A stretch of DNA of 64,000 nt from Squalus acanthias (taxonomy: Eukaryota). Each line of letters opens with the position of its first letter. Positions within the stretch are counted from its first letter, which is position 1. This document shows positions 1 through 13,812 of this stretch, one piece after another. Made by a program: the position numbers and the translations under genes. The stretch is from assembly GCA_030390025.1 (NCBI GenBank), contig CM059432.1, positions 117,616,001 through 117,680,000 on the forward strand, written 5' to 3'. A model generated the notes under the pieces. That model was not told where the DNA came from. It made no database searches and was given only the letters and a program-made list of their open reading frames with translations.

Positions 1-1049
1 GATAATTTAACACTTTAGGAGGGATCCGCCATCAGAAATTCAAGACCTATACAGACTGATAAACTATTTTCCCCCCTCTATCTGAAGCTGCTTGAAGTCC
101 TGCCCTGTACTTTCAACAGCTTCTGCTTATTTTTTTGATTCCAGTATTTCCATGTTTCTCTTTTTATCTCAGCTAACATTATATAATTTGTGATATTCCC
201 TTAAAAGGAGTGGGGGCTGGATATATATGCTATCTATATCTATCTCCTAATGTTTCAAGGGTAACCAAGGTCAATGTGGCTAAGTAGGAATAGAAATTTG
301 GGACAAATACTAAAAAAAATGAGTTTTTGAAACATCTAAGGAATTAGTAGGTGTGAGAAAGGGTAAATGATAAAGTAGGTGAAAAGGTAATGAGAAAGTA
401 AGATTTCTGAGAACATCTCAGTAACAATGGAGTATGTTCAGATATATAGATTGTAAAGAACGGGTGAACACTCGTATTTCAGTTTTCTATTTAGAAATGA
501 TAGTGGGAAGTTGGAATCCAAAGATAAAGAAATAACAGTTGTTACAGGTACTTCACATCTGTACTTAATCAGAAAAAAGCAGGGTATGTTATTTGAGTTA
601 GATGTCAGACATTGAGGACAAACAGGAGGACCTAAACTCCCGATTGCCCCACCCCCAACAATGGCTTACCCGGTTGCTGGCTGGGTGGCTTCCGGGCAAC
701 ACGATTTTGCACCAGTTGAAACCTGGTGAGCTGCCCCTGGACTTCAATCTGCCATTAAACTATGTTCTGCTGGCTGACGGTCTGAGAGCTAAAGTCCCTC
801 TAGTGCGTACAACCACAGACAATCTGGTAGAGTGAATCATCCGCCCTTGTAGAACGGACTACCACCCAAGGGGTAAGGGTGAAAATTACCCCCAATGTCA
901 TTTTAGCTAATGCAAATTTTAACTGACCTCTTCAGTAGGATCCATCGCAAAAGGATGAAATCAGAGCTCTAAATTGCTCCACATTATCTGGGGTTTTTAA
1001 TCAATTGCTTCGATACAAATGCCTATTCGAGAGAAATTGGCAGAACTAT

Positions 1050-2221
1050 AGGCCGACCGAGGCAGGTCCGGGGTCGGTGTCGTGGTCCCAGCCCTCTACC
1101 TACTGCAGCCTGCACTCTCCAAGCGCTTTATCATTGATTGGGCTTCTTAAGCCCGGCCTGCGAGGTTCACAGCCAATTAATGGAAAGCGGGTCTCATGAT
1201 GTCATTTGATGACGCATCATGTGAAGTTTCTGTTAATGTGTTGTCAAACATTGAAATCTATATTTTCAACACTTTACCTTATTGGACAGATCTGTGCTCA
1301 CCTTTGGAAGTGTCTTAGTGAGTTCCAGTGAATGTTGAGACATAACTTCCCCACCCCCCAATTGTGATGAGTGTGAAAGGAATGGCTTGAACATTGTAGT
1401 TTATGGTGCTGGTGTGGGGTGATGTCAACCTGACACATCATGTGGCAGCCAGGGTGTACAGCGTCAAGTGAAATAAATCTGGCCATGGTGATGCCATCGC
1501 TGGCCTCCCGGGCAGCAATGTTGTCGGGTGCTGATGCCCTGTGTCCTGTGCAGCATCAGGTGATTGCGGAGAAGGTTGGTGCTATTGTTGGTGTGTCTGG
1601 TGGTGTTGGTGTTGGGGCTGATCGTGGAGGGATTCAGAGGACCAAGGTGAGATTTTTTGAAGGGCAGCGATGTTGCTGGAATAGATGGCAGCTGAAGTTG
1701 AGATGACAGGAGCGATCTGTCAATGGGGAGAGAGCTTGCTCCAAGGAGGCGACAGTGGATAGAGAGTTTACTCCAAACACTTCCAAACTGCATGCAGCTC
1801 AAAAGTGTCTTCCAAGTCCTGAAGGCTCAAGCTTCTGACATTGGAAAGTGAACAGCTGTCAAATGGTAGCTTTCATACCACTTTTGCAGCTGTCACCTAT
1901 TCACAGCAATGGGGAGACACAGAAAACCCGACCTACTTACCTGACGTGATCCCCGAGTGATGTGAACCTCGTTAAAAAAGTGGGAAAATAGAAATAGGCT
2001 GGCAAAATAGTAGTTTACAAGCGTTTAACAACCATTTAACTATCTTAAATGCCTCCCCCACTGCTTGATGTCGGGTCTGTTCTTAAATCGCAGACCTGAC
2101 ACTTTGGAAACTTACATGGAGGCAGGTTCAGAGCGGGCTCCCAACCCGCTGTCAATCATTTCGATTTTGACAGCAGACCCGCCTCCAAACCCGCACTCTG
2201 AGCGTCGGCAAAATCACGGCC
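1050..2221 (-). mobile_element. Non-autonomous PIF/Harbinger derivative
   Basis: 1290-1800 is the reverse complement of 54760-55200 of the Harbinger element at 54326-56042 (shared peptides ...IDRSLLSS.L.LPS..., ...LMLHRT.GISTR...). The right end AAAATCACGGCC is TIR-like. The left boundary is approximate. Confidence 0.6.
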
Positions 2222-2319
2222 ACAGTTAAGTGCCGCTACTGAAAACCCTGAACTGATAGCCCTGACAAAAATGTGACGAGTCCTGAGGATGAATTTCACA
2301 TACCTCACAATATATGTAA

Positions 2320-3312
2320 GGGGTTATTTTGGAGAAAGGGTGAAAACAGGTGCTAAACGGGTGCAGTGCTTATAAGATGCACCTGTTTGAAAGTCTGGTT
2401 TTAGCACACAATTTTTTCTCCTAATTGCTGATTGCCATAATTTGAACTTGCCTGGAGGCGCTAAATCAGACACCCGCAGGTTTAGCACTCAAGTACGAAT
2501 TGGATACGATTTTCGTGGAGCAGTTTATGTGGGCTCCTCGCGCCCACTTCCACTGAAGATGTGGAGTGCTCTGGCTGGCACACAGTGGCACATTTCAGAA
2601 TGCCTCAGGGACCGAGGGAGAGGGCGCTCAGGTTCTCGGATGCAGCACTGGAGGTCCTGGTGCAGAAGGTCCTGAGGAGGAGGGATGTCCTGTACCCATA
2701 GGGGGAAAGATGCCACCTCGCCCTCCCGTCCCTCTCTCCTGCAGCAGCTGGTGCTGCTCTGCCTGGCCTCATGTCCTCCCAGTCCTCCTGCAGACCAAAG
2801 GGGACCCCTAGCAAGATCCCCATGACCGAGCACTCCCTTTCTCCTGGTGACTCCTATAAGATGTCCAATAAGGTTGAGTAGCACAGCACTCACTCTTTTT
2901 AGGTGAAGTCATCAGAGAATTTCCAGAACAAATGTTGATAGAGTGTTGGTGAAGTCTTGACAAAGTGTCCCAGAAAGTCTCCTGATGTGTTTCAAAAGTC
3001 CTCTTCAAACCTCCAGCAGCAAGTGAGCAGTAAAAGGTGATATAACTGGTTGCTGTTAGGAGAGGTTGTTAAATGAAGCGTTATCCACCAAAATGCCATG
3101 CAGCCTCTTTAATGAACACTAGCAGGCAATTTAATTGTCCATCAGCCCCTTAACGATCCTCCGAGCAGCCGTTACTAGCGCTGGCTTCAACTCTTTTACC
3201 AAGGTGGCGTCTTGTGCTAAACGCAGGCTAAACCAATGTTGCAGCTTAAGACCCCATCTTGGCCACCTCTTTATCTCTTTAGTGCCTAAAGTATTCGGTC
3301 AAAATCGCCCCC
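2320..3312. mobile_element. Internally deleted Harbinger (Myb N-terminus fused to transposase N-terminus)
   Basis: Imperfect TIRs GGGGTTATTTT ... AAAATCGCCCC. The + strand from 2600 reads MPQGPRERALRFSDAALEVLVQKVLRRRDVLYP* (Myb/SANT start). The - strand from 2823 reads MGILLGVPFGLQEDW, similar to the transposase start MGAVVCSPLGLQHD at 19413. Confidence 0.7.
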
Positions 3313-3479
3313 ATAGTGTTTAGAAAGGATCTGATAGGTAGGAAGGGTGGAGTGGCCACCTTTGTTAGGAATTCAATAAAAGTTGTGGAGCAAGGTGATA
3401 TTGTAAGTGGAAATATTTTGGATTCATTAAAGTTCCTAAGAAATACCAAACAGTTTCTAAGACTGTGTTTAGACCATGA

Positions 3480-4803
3480 AGTCAAGAAGCCAGTTTTAAC
3501 TTGGCCAAATCGTTAACGAGTCATTAATAGCCTCAAAATGGGCTCGGTAGACTTACCGCCCCATTAATGCCGACGCTCTGGCTGTCACCATTTTTAAAGG
3601 GGCCTACTGCAGGGTGGCCCAAGCGCCCGCCTGTTTCAGGTGGTAGGTCCCTTTAATATGCAAATAGGGGTTTAATGATGTACTGCCATTTTGGGAGACA
3701 ATGGAGCGTGTGGCATGCCAGTTGTATCGGTGATACAGCTGAGGTGGACCAAAAAAGGTAAGTTATAAATTAATAATTTCATGGGGTCAGGAGCAGAGGA
3801 GGTGGAGTAAAGTGTGCTGCAGTGATTGGAGGAGAGTTTTTTTTATTCGTTCACGGGATGCGGGCGTCGCTGGCAAGGCCGGCATTTATTGCCCATCCCT
3901 AATTGCCCTCGAGAAGGTGGTGATGAGCACCTTCTTGAACCGCTGCAGTCCTTGTGGTGAAGGTACTGTTGTACTTCTTTGTAGCGGTTTGGTACAATTG
4001 AGTGGCTTGCTAGGCCATTTCAGAGAGCGATTAAGAGTCAACCATATAAGCCAGACCAGCAGATTTTCTTCCCTAAAGTACTATTAGTGAACCAGCTGGG
4101 TTTTTAATGACAATCCAGTAGTTTCATGTACACCACTGATACTAGCTTTTTATTCCAGATTTATTCAATTGAATGTAAATTCCCCAGCTGCCATGGTGGG
4201 ATTTGAACTGACTTCATTTGAGATCATTAGTCCAGACCTCTGGTTTACTAGTCCAGTAACATAACCACAATGCTATCGTGCCTGGAGAGTGCTGGCAATT
4301 TGGGTAGGGAAGGTTTGTGAGTGCTGGGGAAACTTTTTCCTGCATTGCAGATGTATCTTGGCTGTGATGCATCTGGCACTGATGCACTCTGCCACCTCTG
4401 CCCACTTGTGTCAGGCAGCTTGCCTGGATATCTTCCTGGTGGATAGAAGATGTCCCCCCTTCTGCCGATCTTCTCCACCAAAACCTCCATCGCAGCGTCA
4501 GTAAGCTGGGGGATCCTTGCAGCTTCTGCTGTCCCTGCCATTATCCACAATCTTCAGTGACAGTTGCCGGCAGACAAAGTGCAGCTCCCCTTTAAGAGGT
4601 GCAGAGTACCTTTAAGTGGTGTCAACAACATGCAAAATTGTCACCTCCGATTAGGCGAGCTGGTAATGAACAGCGCGAGTACTGCTGCCAACCCACCCAC
4701 TTTATTTCAATTAATTTGATTTTGGGGCCTTATTTGCAGTCATGTGATTGGGTGCCACTCCACCCATTCTGCGCCTGGAAACACGCAAAAAGCAATCTCT
4801 ACC
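3480..4803 (-). mobile_element. Harbinger remnant with Myb/SANT fragment, interrupted by a LINE-derived insert
   Basis: The - frame 4550-4320 reads ...PQLTDAAMEVLVEKIGRRGDIFYP..., homologous to the other Myb N-termini in the window. The right end AATCTCTACCC is TIR-like. The left boundary is approximate. Confidence 0.55.
3838..4275 (-). mobile_element. CR1-group LINE 3' end plus SINE-like sequence
   Basis: 3855-3967 (GGGATGCGGGCGTCGCTGGCAAGGCC...GAACCGCTGCAGTCC) closely matches the LINE 3' end at 60834-60950. Confidence 0.65.
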
Positions 4804-7129
4804 CACTCATCTCTCTCTTTCTCTCCTGCATTTCTGGTTTTCTCTTTTTGTCTTGCGCCTTTTCACTTTCTCCATTTATCTTCCCTTTTCTTCCTTTTGT
4901 GTTTTGATCTCTCTGTCCTGTTTGTCTGTAAGTACAGATGGAGAGTGACAGCAACATCAAGACTAAGGTAATCAGGCGAGTTAGAGACAGTGCCCACTGT
5001 ACCCGGGAATTGTGGGAAAGCAATCCCAGCGCCATATACTGGAGGGGAGGAGGGCAACACATATTCTCCAGTGGAGGCACAATTGTTTAGATGGGGTGGT
5101 GAGGGTGGGGGGCGGGGGGGTGGGGGGTGAATGGAGAGTAAGGATGCTGGTATTCTTAGATTGAGCAGCCCTGTGTGAGACTTTAAGGATTGTTTGGCTG
5201 AGTCAGTTGCTCCAAGGTGGACTGGCCAATCCCTGATGGCAAAGATACCTGCTGCTCCCAGCATAGGGCCATGTATCAGTCGCGTGAGCACTAGTTATGG
5301 AAATGCTCATCTTCAAAAAAATAAACCCGCAAGCAAAAATAATTAGAAAGTGCGGCTGGCTCTCTCAGTGGGAGGGCACATGGTTGACATGCACCTGCTC
5401 CTTGCAGCAGCACTGTTTTTACCCTCCTCCCCCCCCCCCCGCCCCCCCACCACCACCGCACGCATACTTTTCCCTTCTGTAGTTCAGGGCACTGGGGCCA
5501 ATACAGTACCACTGCTGCCAGCTCAGCACAGACACAATTAGATAGGATGCGTGACTCACACATGGCCATTCAGAACTCATCTTTCGTCAGCTGCTGTCAC
5601 AGCAAATTATAAAATCTCTTTTACCTTCAATTCACATTATCGAATAGCCGTTGTGTCTGATAGAGGCCGTTGCCTGAAAGCTTCGGTTACATCGTTCTTG
5701 CTTCCATCACATAAGATCCTCTCCTGCAGCAACATGCATGCTTTGTTGTGTCAGTAAAAGGCTTCTTGCATGTTGCCAAAATCTGCAGGTTTCACTGATG
5801 TTTCAGTTGTCTTTCCCTGCATTGTCATTGCCTATTAGATTATATACATATGTTGAGAGTAAGCTTTTCTTTAATGATGAAACCTTGTCTAAGCAAAAGT
5901 GAGAAACTTGCGGATACTGCCAATCAAAATCCAACATGTTTTGCATCCTTTTAGCCCTTGATGATCTTACCCTTCATAATCGCGACAGTGCTTGTATGTA
6001 CTATGCACTGCAGTCAAGCATTTGGTCACTTTGCCAAGATAAAACAATATTTATCAATCAACTATTATTTTTCTGCTTCCTCTTGACTGACCTCTCTGAG
6101 CCCGCATCTTACGCATGCCTCACTGCAGTGAACTGTACCTTTCCTCATTGACTTGCTATCTTGAAGTGCATTTCTTTCAACTGGCATCAAGTCTTTCTCT
6201 CCAGATTCTGACAGGAGACTGACTGTAACATGGAGCATTTAGTCAGTCCTTCGCTGTGCTCTGTGATTGCACATACTCCATAGTGCAAAATGTGGGATTA
6301 CTTACAGCAGGAATGTGGTTTAGCGCATAATACAAGTATTTTATTAATTATCCAATTTAAAAATGTGTGGACATAGGGGTATCCTGAGCAACTGTGAACT
6401 CTGGGTAAAACCTACTGCTTTTAATGTGCAGCTTCAGGTTTTTCAGGATACAAGCTATGTTGATTCTGGGCAACAGCTGGCAAACCTAATTAGCAATCTG
6501 CTCAAAATGAGTAGGTAATTTTCATTCATTTATGATCCAACCTTCGACTACTGCTGCATTGTTGTCTAAGGGACCAGAACTGATAACTGAACATGCCCTG
6601 AATTTCCTCAATGTCAGTTACGTCATTGTTGAGCCGGAAAGTTATCCATTCACCAGAAGAGGGAGTTGCACGCAACTTTTCTGGGGTAAGTTAATTTAAT
6701 TTAAATATTCTTGGTACAACTCTCGTGTAATTTGAGTGTAGAAACTGTGGTCCTGACTTGGTTATGGTGTTATTACACAAAAAGATTGAGGAAATTTGAG
6801 TTTTAGCGCATTACTGCACTGTTTTAGTACACGGAAGTTGCCTACTTTTATGCCGCTTCTGCAATTGGAGTCATTTTACACCCAAAGAATAGGTCTTCAG
6901 ACAAGTGTAAGTGAGGAGTTGATGAGCTGGAGAGGGCACCAAATTCACTTATTGATTACAGGTTTCCGTGAAACTTTATTAAACCTCTTCCTTCACAATT
7001 TCTAATCACTGACGCCTGCAGTTCATTATGCCATCGTGCTTTCCTCTCTTCCCAGAAAAAAATTGCTACTCCCGATTTTCCCCCACCCCCAAACCCACAC
7101 GCAGATCGACTTCGGACAAGGCTCGGCAT

Positions 7130-7480
7130 TCCCCATGGGCACACCACTCTATACCATCATAATGGAGGAGGAGTTGCAACAGAATTGTGTCCAGGTCAGG
7201 ACAATCAGGCAGCATGGCTGAGTACAGTGTCCCAGCAGATCGCTCCAAGGAGATGTGCATGTGAGGGCTGTGTCTCTCCAAGGATCCCATTGGGCATCTC
7301 TGCCAACCTTATCACAGAGATTTGCAGACTCACGCCCCTACCACAGCTGCTCTGTCCGTAGCAATTAAAGTGACAGCAGCCTTCAAATTTCATAGCTCCA
7401 GATGCTTCAAGCTGCCACAGGAGATCTGTGCAACATAAGCCGGGGAGCTGTCAGGACGTGCATCTGGCAGCTAACAGATG
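7130..7480 (+). pseudogene. Degraded Harbinger transposase N-terminal fragment
   Basis: Frameshifted translation gives ...AALSVAIKVTAAFKF... and ...QAATGDLCNIS..., matching the HARBI1-like helix-turn-helix region seen at 19680-19790. Confidence 0.6.
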
Positions 7481-7964
7481 TCCGCCTGCTAGAGGTGCAA
7501 AACATGTGCCTCGCTCTCCTGGGTATCCCTTTAGCCTAGACAGACACCAACATCAGTTGTGCCATCTCTTATCTGAATTCGACCTGAAGACCAAGGTTAC
7601 CCTCTGTCACCTTAGATGATGACACCTCTATGGTAGCCATGCACACCTGGTAAGCGTAGATATAAAGAGGTAAAAGCATTTATAAGAGTCATCATTAAAC
7701 ACACCATAGGCATGTTAAAGCAGAGATTCAGGAGCCACACTGCAACACAGCCTGGCTGTAGTCTCCCACATAACCATAGTCTGCTGCATACTAAACAATT
7801 TTGCAATATTTTGCAGTACAAAAAGGTCTCACCAGGCAGCACTCTTTGAACGGCTGCTGCAAGTCTTTAGCGGCCTGCAACAGCACCGGATTTGCTGTCC
7901 CTGAAACAGCGAGCTCCTAATCAGTGGAATATTAAAAAGGGTGGGATAGGGTAGATATGATGAT

Positions 7965-8100
7965 CTAATAATGGCGGAGATATTTAATAAGTGCTTTGCA
8001 TTGGTCTTTACTAAAATTGATGGGGAGGTGAATCCTGAAGTGGTTGAAAGCGAGATGAGCGATCTTATGATGGATGAAAGGAAAATTTTAGATAAGGACC
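7965..8100 (+). mobile_element. Small CR1 ORF2 fragment
   Basis: Reads MAEIFNKCFALVFTK, similar to the CR1 motif A..LN.YF.SVFT. Confidence 0.5.
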
Positions 8101-8721
8101 TATTTCTCTTTTGTAACTTCTATGTATGACATGCCAGTAGCTCACTCTGTATGTCTAATGACATCTGACCTCAGATGATTTGTTGGGGTTGTGTAACTCA
8201 AGCAAGTTTAACGTTCTCACTGTCGCCACACTGACTTTGGAAAATCTACACTCATATGTTTAATTTGTATTTTCAAAATATTCTTTGATGGTGAAACTAA
8301 CTATAAAACCACCGACTCTAAAAATACTCCAACACAATTCTTTTCTAAGGCTTTAGGTTGGATTAAGGAAACGGTTATTTACTGGCTAAATAATTCATTA
8401 TTATTTTTGCAGTAAATCCTAAATAAAATAGATTAACGTCCTAATCCTGTATCGACTTTTTACTTATGAGCCAATGGAATGAGACAACAATCTAAATTTG
8501 CTTTGCCCATCTGTTGTAGCTGAATTACTCCATCTTGTGTAAAGTAGTGAGTTTAAGCATCCTGCAGTCCTGATTGTCGACTTATTGACAAACAATCATT
8601 TCTGATCATTTACATTTACAATAAATTTCAAAACCAATCTGATTTTTCAAAAATAAGAACTTTATACCAAGTAATGAAAACACAATACTTAAAATCCACT
8701 TGGTCCTGATTTTCTTACATG

Positions 8722-8953
<232 letters not shown>

Positions 8954-9059
8954 CCATATGTAATAGCCTGGGACAAAAACAACAATATCTTACATTTAAC
9001 TGTGGCTTTAATATAGAAAAACATCTCAATCACTTTATAAGGGAGAATTTAGAAAGGTG

Positions 9060-9730
9060 ATTGAACGCGTGGTCAAAGAGAACTGTTGAGGGACAGGGAG
9101 TGAATGTAGGTCACTGAGGATGGGGTGGTGAGCAAGGGGCATTGAAGATAATTAAATCTAGAGATGATAAAGACACGGTTAAGGGTTTTAGCAGAAGTGG
9201 GGGTAAAGTAAGTTGCAGGGTAAGGCAGTGTTGTGGACGTGGAAGTAAGCAGTCTTGGCAGTGGATAGTATATGGTCTTTGAAGCTAAGTTCTGGATCGA
9301 ATAGAACATTGAGGTTGCATGGCATCTCCTTGAACAAGCAGCCAAGGAAGGGGATGGTGTAGCTGGCAAGGATGTGGAGTTTTTGTGGGAGTTGAAAATG
9401 ATGGCTCCAGTCTTCCCAATTTGCAATTGTTGGACACATTGACTCATCCATGATTTAACGTTAGACCGGCAGTCTGTCAACACAGTGATGGTTGTGGGGT
9501 CAAGGGAAGTGGTGGAGGAACATCATTGTAGATGTGGAAGCTGATCCCACGTCTGCAGATGATATTGGCGAGAGCTTGCATATAGATGAGAAGGAGGAGC
9601 GAGGCCAGGGATGAATCTTTGGTGAAATGACTGCGCATGAGCAGCCATTACCGAGGATGCATGGGCTGTATTGCAATAGGTATCAGTGACAGCCATGCAA
9701 GGGCAGTTCTACTGTGGACCAAGGAGGATG
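9060..9730 (-). mobile_element. L2 LINE fragment (RT C-terminal region)
   Basis: Translations ...DCRSNVKSWMSQ..QLQIGKTGAIIF... and ...NLNVLFDPELSFKDHILSTAKTAYFH... match typical L2 motifs. Confidence 0.85.
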
Positions 9731-10974
9731 GGAGGTGGAGAAAGATGGCTTGATCATCATCCTCTTCCATGAGTATATTGTTTCTATATCAGAGGTGTTA
9801 TTGCTAAAGATAAGTAACAATTAACAATTTATTTCTTTTTTAGCCTCCTTAATTTTCATCATCAAATGCCTTGAAATTTGGCTCAATGCATTCATATAAA
9901 ACTCCTGTGTCCGCTATTTTATGATGGTAGCAACACATTTATTTTAAATGGGTCCGAGCCACTGTTAAAACAGCAGATAAAGGAATTTTGTGGCTATCTT
10001 GTGTTTCACACTCGAGTTAGAAGAACCAAATTTCAAAGAAAATATGAGCAAAATTCAGCTCACAGCCACCTGCTTTGCGCCTGAAAAATGGGTGGCGAGC
10101 AGTTGAAAATTGGGAGTGCACCTCGGCCAACTCTTTGACGCCTCAGGCCATTCTAATGCAATATTCAGATGGACCTGCAAATGGAAGAACAGACATCCTG
10201 CCTGCCTGAAACAGGCAGAATGCTACTTAAATATGCAAATTGAGGTCCTATGATGGTTTAAGGACCCCTGATTGCAAAGATCAGGTACAAATCAGCAGAG
10301 CATCAGTTGTACCAATGCTTAGTTGTACCCGGCATTGAGTGGCCTAACCAGTGCTTCTTAAAGGGACACCGCAGACTGCTCAAAAACAGGACATTTTTAT
10401 TTTTATTTTTGTGGGTTTAAGAGAGGCAGGAGTGCTCTTCCTGGGCCCACAGAAAAACTCCAGTCCGCTGTCGGTACATTCAAGGTCTACCGTGGGATTA
10501 CCTCTCCCCCGACCTGACCTGCTGGCCAGCTCAGCTTAGCGGCCAGCTCAGCTTAGCAGCCAGCCGATTTCCCACCATCCCAGAACCAGCGAGTTGCACT
10601 GGCACCCGCAGCTTGCTGGCAGCATCTAAATGAGGCCTGAACCCAAATTTGGTTCACGCCTCACGTTGACATGACCTGGTGGGCGGAGCAGTCACTCTAT
10701 CGACTTCATGCCTGCTTCGGGCGGAAATTGAATTTCTCGGTCAATGGGCATAGCCACCATTGGGAGTCTTTGGGCATTTCTTGGATCCACTTTATCTCAG
10801 CTCAGTGTTGTGGAATAGAGAAGATTAGAAAACACAAATATGACTTTAAAGTGGCAGTAAAATAAAATGACCCCACACATAGTGAGAGTGGTAGATATGG
10901 CCAGATTTGGCCCCAACTGGAGAAAATGGGATATGTTAGGGATGCACAAAAATATAGATCAGAAATTAAAACTA

Positions 10975-11399
10975 CAGGAAACTTTCGTTTATCCGGCATC
11001 GACGGGACCGGCGTGGTGCCGGTTTATCGAAAGTACCGGATAACGGAGAGTTATATCTACCGAGGCTATTTTTAACAAAGAGACTCCAGGCAGCGCGGGA
11101 GAATCAACTCCTGCTACTGCAGTGTTTCGGACTTCCGACAGCGCCAGGAGGCCGAGTAGTGGCACTTTTGAAAAGAACCCCTACTGACTGAATCGGCGTT
11201 CGCGGATTCAGACTCGGACTCGGGATCGGCAACATTGCCGGTTATTTGAGAGGAGTTTTCGGAGCACTCGCCGTTCGCGGAGACTCGACTGCGACTCGGC
11301 AACATTGCCGGTTATTTGAGAGGAGTTTTCGGAGGATGATTTTTGCCGGTTAAGCGAGAATTCCGGATATTTGGGTGCCGGATAAACGAAAATTTCCTG
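10975..11399. mobile_element. Tc1/mariner (Tigger/pogo-like) MITE
   Basis: 24-bp TIRs CAGGAAACTTTCGTTTATCCGGCA / TGCCGGATAAACGAAAATTTCCTG with one mismatch, flanked by a TA duplication at 10973-74 and 11400-01. Confidence 0.9.
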
Positions 11400-11589
11400 T
11401 ACATAGAAATTGCTCATTAGTTAGAACCAACTTGACTACCAACTGTTTGGTCCTAGCCATTTTAAGACAAATTCCTGCTGTTTTTATAAAGAATTACTAG
11501 ACATAGTTGCCACTAAATTGGTGCCATTGCATCTAACTTGAACAGTGCACACTTTCATAACCTGCAGCTGACCTACTAGACAACAAATC

Positions 11590-11912
11590 AAGGCTGACAC
11601 TTCAGCGCAGTACGAACAGAGTGATGTATAGTCAGAATTGCTGTCTTTTGGATGAGACCGTAAACCATGCTAAGGTGAACATAAAAGAAGAGCAGGGAGT
11701 TTTCCCAGTGTCTTGACCAATGCTCTTCCCTCAACTGACACCACCAAAAATAGATGACCTTACTATTCTTTTATTTGCTCTTTGGAGGCCTTGCTATTGC
11801 ACAAAGTGGCTGCTGTCCTTTCCAACATAACACTTCCAAAAATAATCCATTGACTGTAAAGTGCTTTGGGGTATCCTTAAGACGTGTTAAGCTGCAAGTT
11901 CTTTCTTTCTTT
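11590..11912 (+). mobile_element. Degraded SacSINE1-like DeuSINE
   Basis: Contains the Deu-domain-like GCTGTCTTTTGGATGAGAC and resembles the copy at 24222-24580. Confidence 0.75.
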
Positions 11913-12712
11913 ACATGGTGTTATGGACCAAAATGATTCATACTGGCACATTGTCCCAGAAATTAGCTCCCAAGAAATTATCCACCAATGATATGCGATC
12001 AGCCAACACATCCCATAACGATCTGGTTTGTTGCCTACCAAATGGCATGGCACTCAAGCAAATGTAACAATCACTGGTCCTAAATATGCCCGTGAACTTC
12101 AATCAAACGCAGAACACAGGCTGGTACATATAAGGGCCTATTTTTCAGCTGATGGGTTCGGTCCTGCCAGTGCTTCACTGGATCCCTGAAAGAGTTCTGA
12201 GGTGTGCAACCTTCCTGTCAGCCTTTTAGGCTGTCCAGCATGCTCCTTTATGAAATATACAAGGATTTAATTGCAAAATGAAGATCCATGTAAATGTATG
12301 CTAATAAGGCGATATCCCATGTGTTTAAAATTCCACTGCTAATCTATCTGGAGTGGGTGTAAAGGGTATGCCAAGGCTTTCAATTGTAAGTTCAATTGTA
12401 AGTTGCAGTTTGAATGTGTGCTTGCTGGATATGCATGGTAAGCAATTAAATCACTGTAGGTTTGTGTAAAGGTTTGGCATGGGACAGCAGTAAGTGTGGA
12501 GCTGGTTGATAGAAAACACTTTATGGCACTGAAACTTGGGCAACTACCTTATAACTGGTACTATTTGATAATCTTACCTTGACAGCTTCTTTAAGATGTG
12601 CCATCTTCACCCTTTAAGTCTTACAATTATTATTCAGTGTTGACTCTGACCAACAGCTACTGGAAGGCTTGCTGCTCTGCTGTCCCCTGGGGAGGGTGCC
12701 TGGAGTGCCAAA

Positions 12713-13110
12713 CACAAGAACATAAGAAATAGGAGCAGGAGTAGGCCATTCGGCCCCTCGAGCCTGCGCCGCCATTCAATAAGGTCATGGCTGATCTTCT
12801 ACCTCATCTCCACTTTCCTGCACTATCCCCATAATCCCTTGATTCACTTAGTATCCAAAAACAGAGCAGCCCTAGCCACATTTAGGAGCATAGGAACAGG
12901 AGTAGGCCATTCAGCCCCTCTAGCCTGTTCCGCCATTCAATGAAATCATGACTGCTCTGTATCTTAATTCCATTTACCCACCTTGATTCCATATAGCGTA
13001 ATACCATTACCCAACAAAAATCTATCAATCTCAGTATTGAAATTTTCAGTTGACCTAGCCTCAGCGGCTTTTTGGGGGAGAGAGTTCCTGATTTCCACTA
13101 CCCTTTGTGT
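12713..13110 (-). mobile_element. Two CR1 LINE 3'-end fragments
   Basis: Reverse-complement CR1 tails (AAGAACATAAGAAATAGGAGCAGGAGTAGGCC... at 12716 and again at about 12885) and the peptide FTQRVVEIRNSLPQKA. Confidence 0.85.
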
Positions 13111-13812
13111 GAACATAGAACATAGACATAGAACAGTACAGCACAGTACAGGCCCTTCGGCCCTCGATGTTGTGCCGAGCATTGTCCGAGACCAAGATCA
13201 AGCTATCACACTCCCTATCACTCTGGTGTGCTCCATGTGCTTATCCAATAACCGCTTGAAAGTTCCTAAAGTGTCCGACTCCACTATCACAGCAGGCAGT
13301 CCATTCCACACCCCAACCACTCTCTGAGTAAAGAATCTACCTCAGACATCCCTTCTATATCTCCCCCCATGCACCTTATAGTTATGCCCCCTTGTAACAG
13401 CTGCCTCTACCCGAGGAAATAGTCTCTGAACATCCACTCTATCTATCCCCCTCATCATCTTATAAACCTCTATTAAGTCGCCTCTCATCCTCCTCCGCTC
13501 TAAAGAGAAAAGCCCCAACTCCCTCAATCTTTCCTCATAAGACCTCCCCCCCAAACCAGGCAGCATCCTGGTAAATCTCCTTTGCACTCTTTCCAATGCT
13601 TCCACGTCCTTCCTATAGTGAGGTGACCAGAACTGCACACAATACTCCAAATGTGGTCTCACCAAGGTCCTGTACAGTTGCAGCATAACCTCACGGTTCT
13701 TAAACTCAAACCCTCTGTTAATAAACGCCAACACACCATAGGCCTTCTTTACTGCTCTATCCACTTGAGTGGCAACCTTCAGAGATCTGTGGATATGAAC
13801 CCCCAGATCCCT
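13111..13812 (-). mobile_element. 5'-truncated CR1 LINE
   Basis: ORF 13342-13812 reads RDLGVHIHRSLK...LVRPHLEYCVQFWSPHY...RGDLIEVYK. Tail repeat ACATAGA at 13112-13131. Confidence 0.95.

Noticed and set aside
5626..5725. Minus-strand exon candidate (CTGCAG| ... AAG|GTAAAA)
   Set aside because: All three frames contain stops.
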